From assembly GCA_951406725.2 (NCBI GenBank), contig OX597824.1, positions 8,680,001 through 8,744,000 of the forward strand: 64,000 bases of DNA, read 5' to 3'. The notes below the pieces were generated by a model. It searched no databases. It was not told where the DNA came from and saw nothing but the letters and a program-made list of their open reading frames with translations. The position numbers and the translations under genes were made by a program. This document shows, piece by piece, positions 1-12,930 of this stretch (positions are counted from its first letter, which is position 1; each line of letters starts with the position of its first letter). The stretch is from Octopus vulgaris (Eukaryota).

Positions 1-238
1 AACGTGATTCAAAGATACTGGGTTTTCCTCCAGAATTCCTGAATACTTTAATCTGAAATTGTTCTGATACCCGCAATGGAGAATATTGTTATATCAATAA
101 AATATTTACTGTAATTAAATAAGGGTGCCAGCCACATCGATAAAAATACCAACAAGAGAGCCTCCACGTGGTTCCTTACTCAAATAGATATAGTAGCTAA
201 ATCTTTTTTTTATCTTTCACCAAACCTATCGTGTAGGA

Positions 239-425
239 CAATGGTTCTCAGCCAGAAGTATATGGGTCCCTGAAGGTCTTTGGATCCTGCGCCGTCCACT
301 GAAAATCGTTCAGGGTTGGGTCGAAGAGCTGACTTCGAAATTTGGTGGGCAGACAGACTTTTTAAAAGGCTTGGTTGTCCGTGGGAAAAGTTGTCCTTGG
401 CAATGAAATATTAGAGACATTCTAG
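239..425. mobile_element. Degenerate hAT-type MITE fragment
   Basis: Starts CAATGGTTCTCAGCC, similar to CAGTGGTTCTCAACC hAT termini. The right end is decayed. Confidence 0.35.
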
Positions 426-1819
426 TCTACAGAAAGGGAAGGATATGTTGAAGTGTTTGGTCTTGGGTTATATCGAAGTATGTGGTTGGTTGTCGCAAAC
501 ATAATGATTTTTGTTATAAACCCACTCGCTCAGAGCTAAACTAGGGAGAAACAATGACAGCCACAACAACTGCATTTATATTACCAGTCCGAATTACAGA
601 GTGTGACAAGGCTGGACTTTTGAAGTACAGATACAATCCACGCGATGAGCTTCTATACAGTTTCCTTCTACCCAAGTCCACTCGCAAGGCCGTGGTCAAT
701 GTAAGGCAATGGTAAATGTACTCGCCAAAGGTACTACGCTTTGAGATCGAGCCCGCGACCTCAAGGTTGCGAGGCGAAGTCCTTAAAAATTTCAGTTATG
801 TCTGTGCCCTCGACGCATCGAACAATGTAGTCCTAGATATACTGTATCTAAAAGAATAGAAAACTCCGGCACAGTTATGGATATTTAATCTTAGGTGTCC
901 TGTATCAGGGCTAGCCTAGGGCTAAACAACAACAATGATAAAAAGAATAAGAACAACAATAACATTGAATTTATGCCCAGAAAAGAGAAATCAATATTCT
1001 GTTTAAGAAAGAGAAGGTAATAAATTGTAGACAGTTAACTATAGTGTTTGGCACAAGGATGGAACATAGGAATATATTGAAGGAATAGAGAAAGGAAGAA
1101 CGTGTAACTTCGGATAAAAGGAGCCAATTTAATGAAGTTTAGCTAAGGCAGTCAAGTTGAAAGCAGGAAACACGTGGAAAAAAGGAGGGAAGGGAGAGAT
1201 GGAGAGATAGATAGAAAGATAGATAGATAGGTAGATAGATATATAGATAGATAGATAGATAGATAGATAAGGAGGCAGAGAACGAGAAATGGCGTGAGAA
1301 AGAGTGAGAAGGGAGAGGACAGAGAGCGAAGGAAGGGATGTAGAAAAGGGTGGAGAGAGGAAAAAGAACAGGAGCGTGTGTGAATATGTGTATATGCTAT
1401 AAGTGTGTGTGAGTATGTGTGTGCGTATGTGTGTGCGTGTGTGTATGTGTGAATGGAGAGACGGGTAAGGGTAAGAGATAAACAATTTTGATTGATTGAC
1501 AGACGATCAAGTAAAGGAGTAAAAGAAAAAGAAAGCAAATCATTGAGAGAGAGAGAGAGAGAGGGGGAGAGAAATAGAGGAGGGGTGGTAGGAGGCAAGG
1601 AGTAGTATAGTAAGAAAGACCATGAAAAGAATAAAAGAATTCTTCAAATGGTGAAGGAACCGAGGGAAAAGGACGTATTGATGCATAATGCTGAAAGAAG
1701 AGCGACACACGTTGCCTTCTAAAAAAGAATTTGAAATTTTCTTATAATATGCGTCTGTGTATGTCGGCATGTATGTCTATCTTCTTTTACTTGTTCCAGT
1801 TATTAGGGAGACAGACATA

Positions 1820-1860
<41 letters not shown>

Positions 1861-2801
1861 CGAGAGAGAGAGAGAGAGTAAGAGAGGAAGTGGGATAAAT
1901 AGGTTGGTAGACGGTTAGGTAGACAGACAGAAATGTCTGTAGGTGGACAGGTAGTTCTATGCATACATATATATGCAGCGACAGAAGGCTATAAAAGACA
2001 GAGGAGAGAGAGGGGGAGAAAGAGAGCGAGAGAGAGAGAGATGGAGAGAGAGAGATAGAGAGAGAGAGACAAGGAAAAACGTAAAAATTTGAGTGAGTGT
2101 GTGAGAGAGCGAAGGAAGAAAGAAAACGATATATATATATGTATATATACAGAGAGAGAGAGAGAGAGAGAGAGGGACAGACAAGCAGGGAGAGATTGAT
2201 AGAGTGAGATGATGGGAGGTACAAATAGATAGACAGATTGATGGGCAAATAGAGTTAAAGAGAAATAGAGAGATAAACACATACTTGATTAATACAGGGG
2301 TGGGAGAAAGAGAGAGAAAGAAAGAGAGAAAGAAAGAAAGAAAGAGAGAGAGAGAAGTAAATGGATGAATGAGGGAATATATGTATCTGTATATTTCAGA
2401 TATATGCTAAATGAAAACGCGAGGGTGAGGAGTACAGGGAAACGAATGGGAGTTTTTATACAGAAAATGAGGTGAAATGGAAACCTTTCAGAGAATGTGG
2501 TAGTTTTCACAATAAAAACCGTTCGCTTGGACGCTTTTGGCATTTAATCAATACCTAAATAGAGGCAGAGAAGCGAACTTGCCCGAAAACTTTTACCGAA
2601 TTTCTCCAAAGATATTTTACTTGCTGCCGTTCAAAGTGGGAAATAATTATCGGAATAAGTATGTAAACGTAAGAGGAAGAAAATAAAAAATGAAAAAAAA
2701 AAAACAGGTGAGATTTTATTTCAGATTGTTCTGACAGTATTGATTTCACGAAATTTCATAAAAATTGTACAATCGTAAGTTTAACAGGTATAAAATAAAA
2801 C

Positions 2802-2870
<69 letters not shown>

Positions 2871-3168
2871 ACTCTCCCGCCCGTCGAATACGACGTATAA
2901 GGTTTCAGCTTTTGACGAACGAACTACACAAATGAATTGTTTATAGTGATCAAATGTTCGTGCCGCATATTAGCTCAATTTCTCCATCAAATTAACGTTG
3001 TCTGAACAGGTGCACGGTGTACCATGCGTCAAGTATCGAAGTGTTAACAAGAGCAGCCGGAGATAAAGTGTTTTTCTGAAGAACACAAAATACCACCTTG
3101 TATACGAATTGAAATTACGATCATTAGATCGTGAGCATAACACAATAACCACTAAGCCATGCGCCCTC

Positions 3169-3211
<43 letters not shown>

Positions 3212-4552
3212 CACATACATATACATCTCTCTTTCACTCACTCACTCACTCACTCACTCACTCACTCACTCACTCATTCTCTCTCTCTATATATATCCAC
3301 ACACACACACATACATACACACATATGATTATACATTTATATATTGGTAATAAGGAATGGAAGAAGTACTTAATACAAAAGTATAGTGACTCAAATTTTA
3401 TTTAGACTAATATAATAGCATGTTACTCTAGAGCTTCTCCGCCGGCATCATTGGCCAAGTTGGAACGTCACAGCTCTCTCAACATATATATGTAATATAA
3501 AGAAACTGAATGAAAGAGAATTAGCAATTATAACAGCTGTAGTATTATATTATAAATGGACGCCAAACATTTGTGTACTGAGATATTTTTCATTAAGCAA
3601 CAGTTGTTCAATGGAAATAACAAACCTTAAAAATATCCTGTCGAAGCCAGCGACTAATTCTACGGAGTATAATATATATATTGTATTTGGAAAAATAAAG
3701 GGTCATGACCTAACTACGTTAAGAAATCTGTCTATAGAAATCAATTTAAGTAATATATTCTGTTAAAGTATACTCAATTAGTAACAGAAATAATGACATT
3801 ATTACAAAACACAATTTCGGAACGATTGAAGGAAAATCCAATTACCACTATAACCATATAACCAGACATCATCAAATCAAAGGAAATTAGAACAACACAA
3901 CTTTCCCCAGATATATATGGAAATTAAAAAACTAGGAATTATCATTTTTGTCATCTACAGAACCAAAACAAACCAAATACCAATTATTCCAAGATTTGCA
4001 GCCTATACGTTATGACTAAATATTCCATTTTCAATAAACCCATGATGTCAAATGAATATTGCTAATTTGCGTATGACTTTTTTTTTGTATCTCCGTTATG
4101 AAAATCTATGCCGTTGGCGGCATATAACTTTACTTTATTAAGCAGATTATATTGTGCTTGATACCCTTAACAAAATATATTCTAGCAGGTTATATTTTCG
4201 CTGATGCTCTTTACGTTACGCACTTGTGAGACGTATACTAATTATTGTTGTTTAAATATAAGTCGGCTCTGATCTAGCGAACCTTTTCATGTAAGTTTTA
4301 CAAAGAATATAAATCTGGAGTTTTTTAGGGTGGCAGGAAATGCTGCAGTATTTTCAAAGTATTTTCCGATGAACCCAAAGATTCTCTACAAATATTCCAG
4401 GCGAACTGGGGTATATGCACAAAACATTACTTGGTGACATTAGATATTTACTCGAAGAGCAAATAAGTAATGTTACCAGCAATTTAATTTATAAGAAATA
4501 CCGCACATTTAGCAATAACAAGAAGTAGCCGGTTTTATAATAAAGATAACAG

Positions 4553-4613
<61 letters not shown>

Positions 4614-4672
4614 TAATAATGATAATGATAATAATAATACTAATAAGGATAATAATGATAATAATAATAATG

Positions 4673-4709
<37 letters not shown>

Positions 4710-4742
4710 TAATAATAATAATGATAATAATAATACTAATAA
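4553..4742. repeat. (TAA)n microsatellite
   Basis: Direct reading. Confidence 0.95.
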
Positions 4743-5623
4743 GGATAATCGAATGATTGATAGATGGCTACATTGGTAATAATAGATAAGTTGTCGATTC
4801 TATTTAATAATAGATATTCTAAAATAACGGCGATGTTTTAGAGTTAAACATATAATTTTGAACATCTTTTCCTATTTGAAGTATTAAAAATAAAAAATAT
4901 TCAATTCAGTTTCTTGTTCGCAATCCAACAATACTTTTACATATAGAAATATATTTGTTGCATGTGAATATCCACTTGCAATGAATTCTTAATTATATCT
5001 TGATATCGCTTCCTCTGGAGCAGATGTTAACTTTATAATATCGTAATTAATAAATGCGAAAATCAACTAAGTTTTTCTTTTTCTTTTTTTTTTGTGTTTT
5101 GTTTCATACGTTATTCATGCTGGGAAATGTGATTTATTCTCGTTCAACGACGAATAAGTCAAAAGTAGATTCTTTAAAGACAAACAGAACATTATTTAGG
5201 AAAAAAATATGAATTGAAGACGTGCAACGCAGGCGTGGCTTTGTGGTTAAGAAGCTTGCTTTCCAACCATGTGGATTTCGATTTCGGCAAGTGTATTCTT
5301 CTATAAGCCCTGGTCAATCAACAGCTTGTGAGTGGATTTCGAAGATGAAAGCTGAAAAGACGCCTATAATATGTATGATAATACTTTGTAATAACAAAAT
5401 ATGAACTCCTATCGGAATCTACATACCATGGACAAAAAGCATTTCTACCCATTCTACAGACCACTTTCCTTGGATAATGGAACTGCAACTGTAGCATCCT
5501 ATATATATATATTTACTTTTAATTTTATTCTCTTATTTCCCCTTATACCTTGCTATATCCATCTTTTCCAAAATAACTCCTTATATTGAACTCTACTATT
5601 TCCCTCTAGTTAACTCTCTCATG

Positions 5624-5672
5624 TCGTCTCTGATGAAGGGATACCCTTAATATCCCAGAAACAGCTGTAGGA
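5624..5672 (+). ncRNA. Minimal type I hammerhead ribozyme motif (family 1)
   Basis: CTGATGA (5630-36), stem II GGGATA/TATCCC, GAAAC, palindromic ACAGCTGT, GTA cleavage triplet. Confidence 0.7.
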
Positions 5673-5814
5673 ATACCTTTCTCTTTATAAATGTCTTATA
5701 AATTCCACACAGCCTTGGCTTTGTCTCATTTTATTTAACATATAAATCTTTATATTCACATTTCATTTTTGGATTTGGTTTGCAAGATTCTTTATATGAG
5801 TTCGTGTGTTGAAG

Positions 5815-5950
5815 CATATTCTGTTGTGTCTGGGGAGAGTCATTTTCTTTTTATGCCTTATAATATAACACACTCACCGGTAAAATTTCCACTTATTTCT
5901 TATTTTTATTTTCCTAAAATTTTCGTTGCTTCTTGCAACATTTTCAATAG
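5815..5950. repeat. Interspersed repeat, unclassified; second copy at 59620-59732
   Basis: Shared TTCTGTTGTGTCTGGG...CTCACCGGTAAAATTTCCACT...CTAAAATTTTCGTTGC.TCTTGCAAC. Confidence 0.75.
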
Positions 5951-6179
5951 TTTTTTTTATATATATATATAAAACCCACAAGTCTTGTTAGTTACGGCGA
6001 CGCAGGAATTACCAACTGCCAAACCGTCTTGTTCTCAGCTTGAAAAAAAATGGTGAAATATTTTAACAATGAAACGCTGGATAGACGTAATTAACAAAAG
6101 TTGTGGTTTGTATTAAAACATTATCTTTACTCTCTTAGCTGATCGAGTGCTATTCTACATTTTGAAGCCTTACCACATA

Positions 6180-6214
<35 letters not shown>

Positions 6215-6217
6215 TGT

Positions 6218-6330
6218 ATCGACCCCGAAAGTCTGAAAGGCAAAGTCGACCTCGGCAGAATTTGAACTCACAGCGGAAAGACAGACGAAATACCGCTAAG
6301 CGTGCTAACGGTTCTGCCAGCTCGGCGCCC
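6218..6330 (-). mobile_element. SINE family C fragment
   Basis: The reverse complement matches the family C head and core. Confidence 0.75.
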
Positions 6331-6344
6331 TAATAATAATAATA

Positions 6345-6406
<62 letters not shown>

Positions 6407-6610
6407 TAATAATAATAACAAGTGCGTGTTTTTTCAGAGAAAGTATGGCCTCGGCGGAATTTGAACTCAGAACGAAAAGACATACGAAATACCGTGTGTG
6501 CGTGTGTGTGTGCTGTGTTTGTATTCCATCATTGCTTGATTACCTGTGCTGATTAGTTTACGCCTGATTAAGAGGCACAGTAAAAGAGACCGATAGAATA
6601 AGCACTAGAC

Positions 6611-7264
6611 CTAGGGTCGAGGGAACTTTTCTAACCAATTAGCCCAAAATATATTTATTTGCCTCTTCATTTGAAAAGAAAAAAAAGTCATAGATTCTTT
6701 GAACTCAAAAGTTTTATTGAATCTATTTATATGAAGAATACAATTATAGATATAAAAAGTACAAAACAAATGTGATAAAATAAATTAATATCCTCATTAT
6801 GAGACAAAAGGATTTTTCTAGAAACATTTTTACTTCAGGTTTTGGAGGAACGGTGCTACTTCATTTTAGTTACAATTAGATCAAAATTGTGGAATTTTAA
6901 TGCCAGAGTAATTTGGATACAGCCTTCGGGGTCCAATCGATTACTTTGCTTTGTTTTTATGTTTGTTAGATCAGAAAAATCCTTGTTTGCAAAGGTAGGT
7001 TTTTGCTAAAGACAGTAACTCTTTGACTGCCTCCGCATGTGCAATTTTGAAAGCCTTTGCAACAGTTATTCATTCAAAACATGTCCCCTAAACACGTCCA
7101 TTATGTTAGGGAGATGCAATGCTGCCAGAATAAAATGTCTGCCGTAGCAAGGAACACGTTTTTTTAAATATATAATTTTACTTATGTCTAAAGAGTCCTC
7201 ATTAACTCCAAGAATTTTATTTTTACCTTACTTGAGGTAATTTACCACGGTTCGCCGACCCCTT
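6611..7264 (-). mobile_element. Internally deleted hAT (Charlie/Buster-like) transposon nested in a SINE
   Basis: Degenerate termini (CTAGGGTCGAGGGAAC ... GGTTCGCCGACCCCTT) and an imperfect 8-bp TSD (CACTAGAC / CGCTAGAT). The SINE sequence resumes on the far side. Confidence 0.75.
6853..7080 (-). pseudogene. hAT transposase C-terminal dimerisation-domain remnant
   Basis: Minus-strand translation with one frameshift: ITVAKAFKIAHAEAVKELLSLAKTYLCKQGF/SDLTNIKTKQSNRLDPEGCIQITLALKFHNFDLIV, which matches the TYLCExGFSxLxxIKTKxRNRLD signature. Confidence 0.85.
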
Positions 7265-7327
7265 CGCTAGATTTACAAATAAGTACTTGGACCTATTTGT
7301 AAGCAATCATATACCATTAATCATTTA

Positions 7328-7523
7328 TTTGTTTGAGTGATTAGACTGCGGACATGCTGGAGCAATGCCTTGAAGTGTTTTAGCTTCAAGTTCCTTTTTA
7401 AAACCTGGTACTTATTCTCATGATCCCTTGTGCCGAATGGCTAAATTATGAGACGTAAACAAAACAACACCGGTTGTCAAGTGGTAGCGGTGATGGGTGG
7501 TAGGGAACACATTCAAGCATAAA

Positions 7524-7607
<84 letters not shown>

Positions 7608-7905
7608 ACACAAATATAACAAAATAATTTGACAAAAAATATAACAAAATAATTTGACAAAAAATGTGAATTTTTAATTATTTTCTGAGATTTTACAAAA
7701 ACAACAAAAATATTATTAAAAAAACAAAAATAACACACACATACACATAGGAGAGACAGCTTCTTTTAGTTGTTTCCGCTTGCAAAGCTTTAGTTGACCC
7801 GGGACTATAGTAGAAAATTTGTCGAAGTTTCCACGTAGTGAGACTGAAGACTCGAAACCCCGTTGAATGGGAATCAAACTTCTTACCATAGAGCCACACC
7901 TGCGC
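7328..7905 (-). mobile_element. SINE family B, diverged, with an expanded centre
   Basis: Tail at about 7330-7510, (CA)n in the middle, head at about 7755-7905. Confidence 0.7.
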
Positions 7906-9769
7906 CCACTTGAAAATTGTTTTGTTTATTGTGAATCATAAGCCCCCAGTGAAGAAGATTTGGTGGTAATTAAAAAAAAACTAACTGAAAAGCGCTACGG
8001 GTAAACGGATCGATTCTACTCATCTACAGACTGGATGAATTATCTACAAGAAATTGGTATGTTGCTTCCATATTCTGTGGCGGTAAGCTACCATTGCACG
8101 AATATTAATAATAGCGATAAGTATCGGAAGAGAAAATATACACGTCGATAAATAGCAGAGTAAAGAAATCTATAAATATTGGTTTGTAAACTTGCTACTT
8201 AATAATACAAAAAAGAGCGAAATCTCTTGTCTGGAAATCACACAGAACTGCTAACTCACTGTTGAAGCAAACAGCTAAGAATTTCCAATAATAATAATAA
8301 TGATAATGATAACAATAATAATAGCAATAATAATAATAATGGTACTTTAGAATCGACTACTTAGGAAAGGATAATTGGGAATGTGTATTTAGTTACGCAC
8401 GCAGTGTTTTTTAAATATGCAGTTGAGTGTTTGTATGGGTCCAATAACCGTGAAGTGAAACTGCGAGTTAAGTCACAGCCGCCATTGAGAAAGGGAAAAT
8501 GAAAGTAAACAGTAAAACGAAAGGGAGAGAACCGTGTTTAATCGCATTATATTGTACGCATTAGTTTAATAGATCAATGTGTCAATATGAATTGCTTGTT
8601 ACAATGCCGATACTTAAGTACAGAGGTGTTATCGCTGACTAAAAGTAAATGTTTAAATGCTCTACGCAATTGGCCATCGCGTGAAACATCAACTTAATTG
8701 CTACTTCAGTTCGTGTAATCTGTTCATCTTTAAAAAGAAGCAAAAACAAATTCGATCGGCGTCTTAAATACGTCAGCCTCCCAGTCGACAGTGAACGATG
8801 AATTAACAAAGCTCTTTGAAAGAGATTTATTCAGATAATTTTTGCTTTTATACGTTAATAGTTAATCTCTTTAGTTATCTGTCATTGAGAATATTACAGA
8901 CACGTAACATCTGAACTGTCTCGAGATAATATTTATCTTTCAAAATTAGGCGTCTCAACAATATTTTAATAACTTTAAAACAAAATACAGTAGAACTGCT
9001 GTTTCTTCTGTTCAAACGAAATAATATGATGCTCTGAGACTGGTCCACATACACTCACCATTAAGCTCTTAATAGACATAAAACCAAGGTCCAATAGCTA
9101 GGAATCAACATCAAATAGAATTTATCACGATTCACTTTCACTATTGACAATCCGTTAACCACACTGGCTTTATTTCAGAAGTAGGTTGCGTATGAACCAC
9201 ATAAATTATTAACTATTGTAACGTTAAAGCTAAAGTTAAATGTGTCCTGTGCCTAAAGGCCCATTAGACTGCAGCTTAAATTGGTTTCTGTGGCGTTTAA
9301 ACCGGAAGGGGAAACAACACTGACAGGAAACCAGTCCGTCTGAGAGCTAATCTTCAGCTGTACAACCTCCTGTATTCATTTTCAGCTGAGTGAACTGAAA
9401 CAATGTAGAATAAAGACTCTTGCTGAAGGACACAATGCATCTCTCGGTCAGAAAGTTGAACCTACAAAGTAACGATTGTGAGTCCAATGCTCAAATCATT
9501 ATGCAACACGTCTTTAGGTAACGTACACTGAGTAGGAGTTAGGGATATGTGGGATAGTAACCGTGGAATTAATAATGTTCAGAGTGAATTATTAAGTGGT
9601 CTTGAGTGGAAAGAAAACAAGGGCGATGCAGGAAGTTTCGAGGACCAACTGAGGAAATATATTTAATAGAAAGTTTGAGAAGTGAGACGATACAGATGTT
9701 GCATGAAGAAGAATAACATACAGTGAAGGGGTTTAGGTGAAGTTGGTGGTGATGGTGGATCTGTATCGT

Positions 9770-9932
9770 TCGATGAACCGGGATTAAGTTGTTCAATCAA
9801 CTGAAATGCCTGCTCTTGAATTAACATGTAAGTGGCTGGTCATTCTTTAGACACGTGTACCTTTAATGCAATTCGCAAGCAAAATTAGCGTGACACAGTG
9901 TATGACAAGACAGAACCTTTTAAATTACAGAA
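9770..9932 (-). mobile_element. Old fragment of the SINE family A body
   Basis: Diverged match to ...GTCACGCT...GGTACACGTGTCT...CAGCCACTT...GAGCAGGC. Confidence 0.55.
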
Positions 9933-10587
9933 ATAACCTACATGACGAGATTGTAAAGACACCACCAAATATAATTGAAAGATATCCCCAAATATAATTT
10001 GCAGAACTTTATACATGTTTTCTTTCGGGTGAGCGCTCTGTGTCTAGTTCTGGAAATTGTGTTTTGTAAGTGACAGACTATGCTGATGAGTTTGCAGATA
10101 TTTACATTCATAAATATTAACAAACGAAACCATTTCATATATTTTCATTTTTCTTGCTCATTTTTACATTCTGGTGTTTGCTGAAATTTTTCTTGAGAAC
10201 ACACTCTTCTTGGTAAGGCGATTTGACGTCTATCTTTAGCATATTAGGAATCCACTTTAGTGGTCATTCATCTGAATTTGTATGACAAGATTGTATGTAG
10301 TTTCTGTTGATCTAGTTTCACTCTACTCGAGGTTTTTGATAATGATATTTATCCAAGAAGGCAGACTATTTGAACGTTTCAAATTTTTACACTGTTTACT
10401 GAATCACATGGTCTGTTTGAACGTTTCTCGTTATTTCCAGAATATTCGCTGGGTTTCACAGAGTATTTGAATGTTTCTTATTTCTACAGTATTTAATGTA
10501 AGCTGATAAATTATGTATCCAACTAAATGTATCGCAGAAGTGAAATATAAAGACTAAAGTAATGTTTAGAACACAGGCTTTATTCTA

Positions 10588-11138
10588 TTGGGTTGTCCGG
10601 AAAGTTCGTGCTGAGTTTTAAAAGAAAGAAAAAAGTCAATAAATATTTGCCATTACATTTTTAATCAACCAAATATGAACCATTTTGTTGCACAATGGGT
10701 CTCCATCTTCCCTTTAACTTGAAAAGACCCTCTTCCCAGAATTGAGGGGGCTTCATGGCAAAGAATTCATCAATGTATCTTTTTATGTCATCCAAGGAAT
10801 TGAAATTTTTACCATTAAGACTATTCTGCAGAGAGTGGAAATCCGAAGGAGCAGTATCCGGTGAATATGGAGTGTGGGGTAACACATCCCAGCCGAGCTG
10901 CAGTAATTTGGTTCCCAAAGCATCAAGTGCCGAAAATGAACTTTCTTATCTTCCATTTCAAAGGGTTACAGAATTAACACAGGTTATAGGAACATAAACC
11001 TTCTTCTACGAAAAGATAGTTTAAACTGTGCTCTAAATGGAGGTGTACTCAAATCCTATTTTTTGGACTGAACCATGTTCTTAAATAAGTCGAAATGTAG
11101 GCTACTATAAATCGGCACGAACTTTCCGCACAACCCAA
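10588..11138 (-). mobile_element. Internally deleted mariner (Tc1/mariner) DNA transposon, 551 bp
   Basis: About 30-bp TIRs (TTGGGTTGTCCGGAAAGTTCGTGCTGAGTT versus the reverse complement of the right end, TTGGGTTGTGCGGAAAGTTCGTGCCGATTT), TA on both sides (10586-87, 11139-40), and transposase remnants inside. Confidence 0.95.
10661..10956 (-). pseudogene. Mariner transposase remnant (N-terminal 14 codons fused to the C-terminal ~85 aa)
   Basis: ATG at 10956 reads MEDKKVHFRHLMLW. The C-terminal ORF contains LGWDVLPHTPYSPDTAPSDFH (the mariner YSPDLAPSD motif) and ends RWRPIVQQNGSYLVD. The central DNA-binding/catalytic region is missing. Confidence 0.92.
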
Positions 11139-12370
11139 TATATCTCCTACTGAAAACCTGCCAGCTATAACTCTTGCACTTTGCAGTATTCCAGCAACGA
11201 AGTATTGTCTGTAGAAGTCAACACTACAATACAAAGCAGATGTTTAATGCAAAACAATGGTCGCCTACGATACAATGTTAAATGTCCGCCCTCGGTTTTT
11301 ATATATATCTTCTGCAAGAACAGATTTAATAATTCCTGCTACTTTTCATTTACCTCCCACATACTAACTCCACACTGTGAGGCCGAATGATTAAGAAGTT
11401 CACTTCGCAACCACCAAGCCCTGAGTTCGATTCCACTGTGAGCTTCAGTAAGTTGTGTGGAAATCAGAAACATTCAAATGGAAAATTAGAGATATTCAGA
11501 TAGTCTGTGATGATCGCGGCTGGAACGCTTTTGATCATAAGTCTGTTCAGGAGGGGTTTACCTTGGATTAAACAGCTACATATAACAATAAGGATACATT
11601 GGACAATGTATTTATTGATGTAAATCGAGTAGAAAAGAATGTATTTATTGATCTATAAGGAAGCGTGAAGGTCATGAGTGGAACGCTTTCGATCAGGATT
11701 GACTAGGAGCTGCTACCACTGACGTCACCACTATCACAAGCAGCAGCAACAGTACCATTACCACCACCACCACCACCACCACCACCACCATTACCACTGA
11801 TATTATCGGCGTCATCATCATCACCATTATCAACATCATCATGAACAACAGCAACATATAATTTACGGGAAAAAATTAAATAGATTACAAAAACTAAAGA
11901 ATTATATTTTCATTTTCAATTTCCATTGTTTTCCATTTTACCAAATCATTGTTTGGCTGAATAAATTTTAAAATGGATAACAGGAATAAATATTGGTTTG
12001 GGTTTTTATCCAAAATTGTTTCATTAACTTTATACAAGAATATAAGTCTAAGAGACAACTAATCCGAAAATATGTTGCTTCTTAAGAATTCGGAAATTAC
12101 ATCTTATAATGTACGAATGTAAAATGGTGAAATAAGAAATAAACTTAGACCAAAGCATCGATTAATAAATGAGAGTCCGTGAGGCATAGATTCCATTTCT
12201 AGTAATTAAATTTTATCCCAGAATATAGATTACATTTGTGAACATCGTAGCATAGTTAAATATTTAGTATACGTCAGTTTTCGAACAATCCACTACGGAA
12301 TTTCACGTCACAAATTTCGTTATAAACAAATTGGTTTACACATACACACACACATATGCAAATATATATA

Positions 12371-12436
<66 letters not shown>

Positions 12437-12441
12437 TATAC

Positions 12442-12491
<50 letters not shown>

Positions 12492-12627
12492 TATACCATA
12501 TATATATATATATATGTATAGGGTATATTTTATTTTTGAGATGATGTGTGTGGTTGGCGAGTGTTGTAGGTTTACTATGTTTATCGTATCCCATCTCAAT
12601 TAATTATTACTTAACCATCCTCTCACA

Positions 12628-12682
12628 CCGTCTCCGATGAAGGGTTATAATTAATAAATATCCTCGAAACAGCTGTAAGACC
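12628..12682 (+). ncRNA. Minimal type I hammerhead ribozyme motif (family 1, CCGATGA variant)
   Basis: Stem I GTCT/AGAC, core CCGATGA, stem II AGG..AT/AT..CCT, GAAACAGCTGTA. The downstream flank is homologous to that of the 5624 copy. Confidence 0.65.
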
Positions 12683-12726
12683 TTCTATCTATAAATGTCC
12701 TAATATCTATATAGCCTTGTTTTTTT

Positions 12727-12748
12727 TTATCTCATTACGCAAAAAATT

Positions 12749-12802
<54 letters not shown>

Positions 12803-12834
12803 CATATATATATCTTATCTCATTACGCAAAAAA

Positions 12835-12887
<53 letters not shown>

Positions 12888-12930
12888 CTTATCTCATTAC
12901 GCAAAAAAGTCATATATATATATATATATA
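12727..12930. repeat. Compound tandem repeat: TTATCTCATTACGCAAAAAA + (TA)n, 3 units
   Basis: The motif occurs at about 12727, 12815 and 12889, separated by TA tracts. Confidence 0.9.

Noticed and set aside
1-54. Minus-strand exon start (TTTCAG|ATTAAAGTATTCAGG...)
   Set aside because: Two frames are open but only 52 nt are visible and the pyrimidine tract is weak. Direct joining to the 17116 donor would give an immediate stop, so it cannot be supported here.
12727-12930. CRISPR-like repeat/spacer appearance
   Set aside because: The spacers are (TA)n tracts, the context is eukaryotic, and there are no cas genes.
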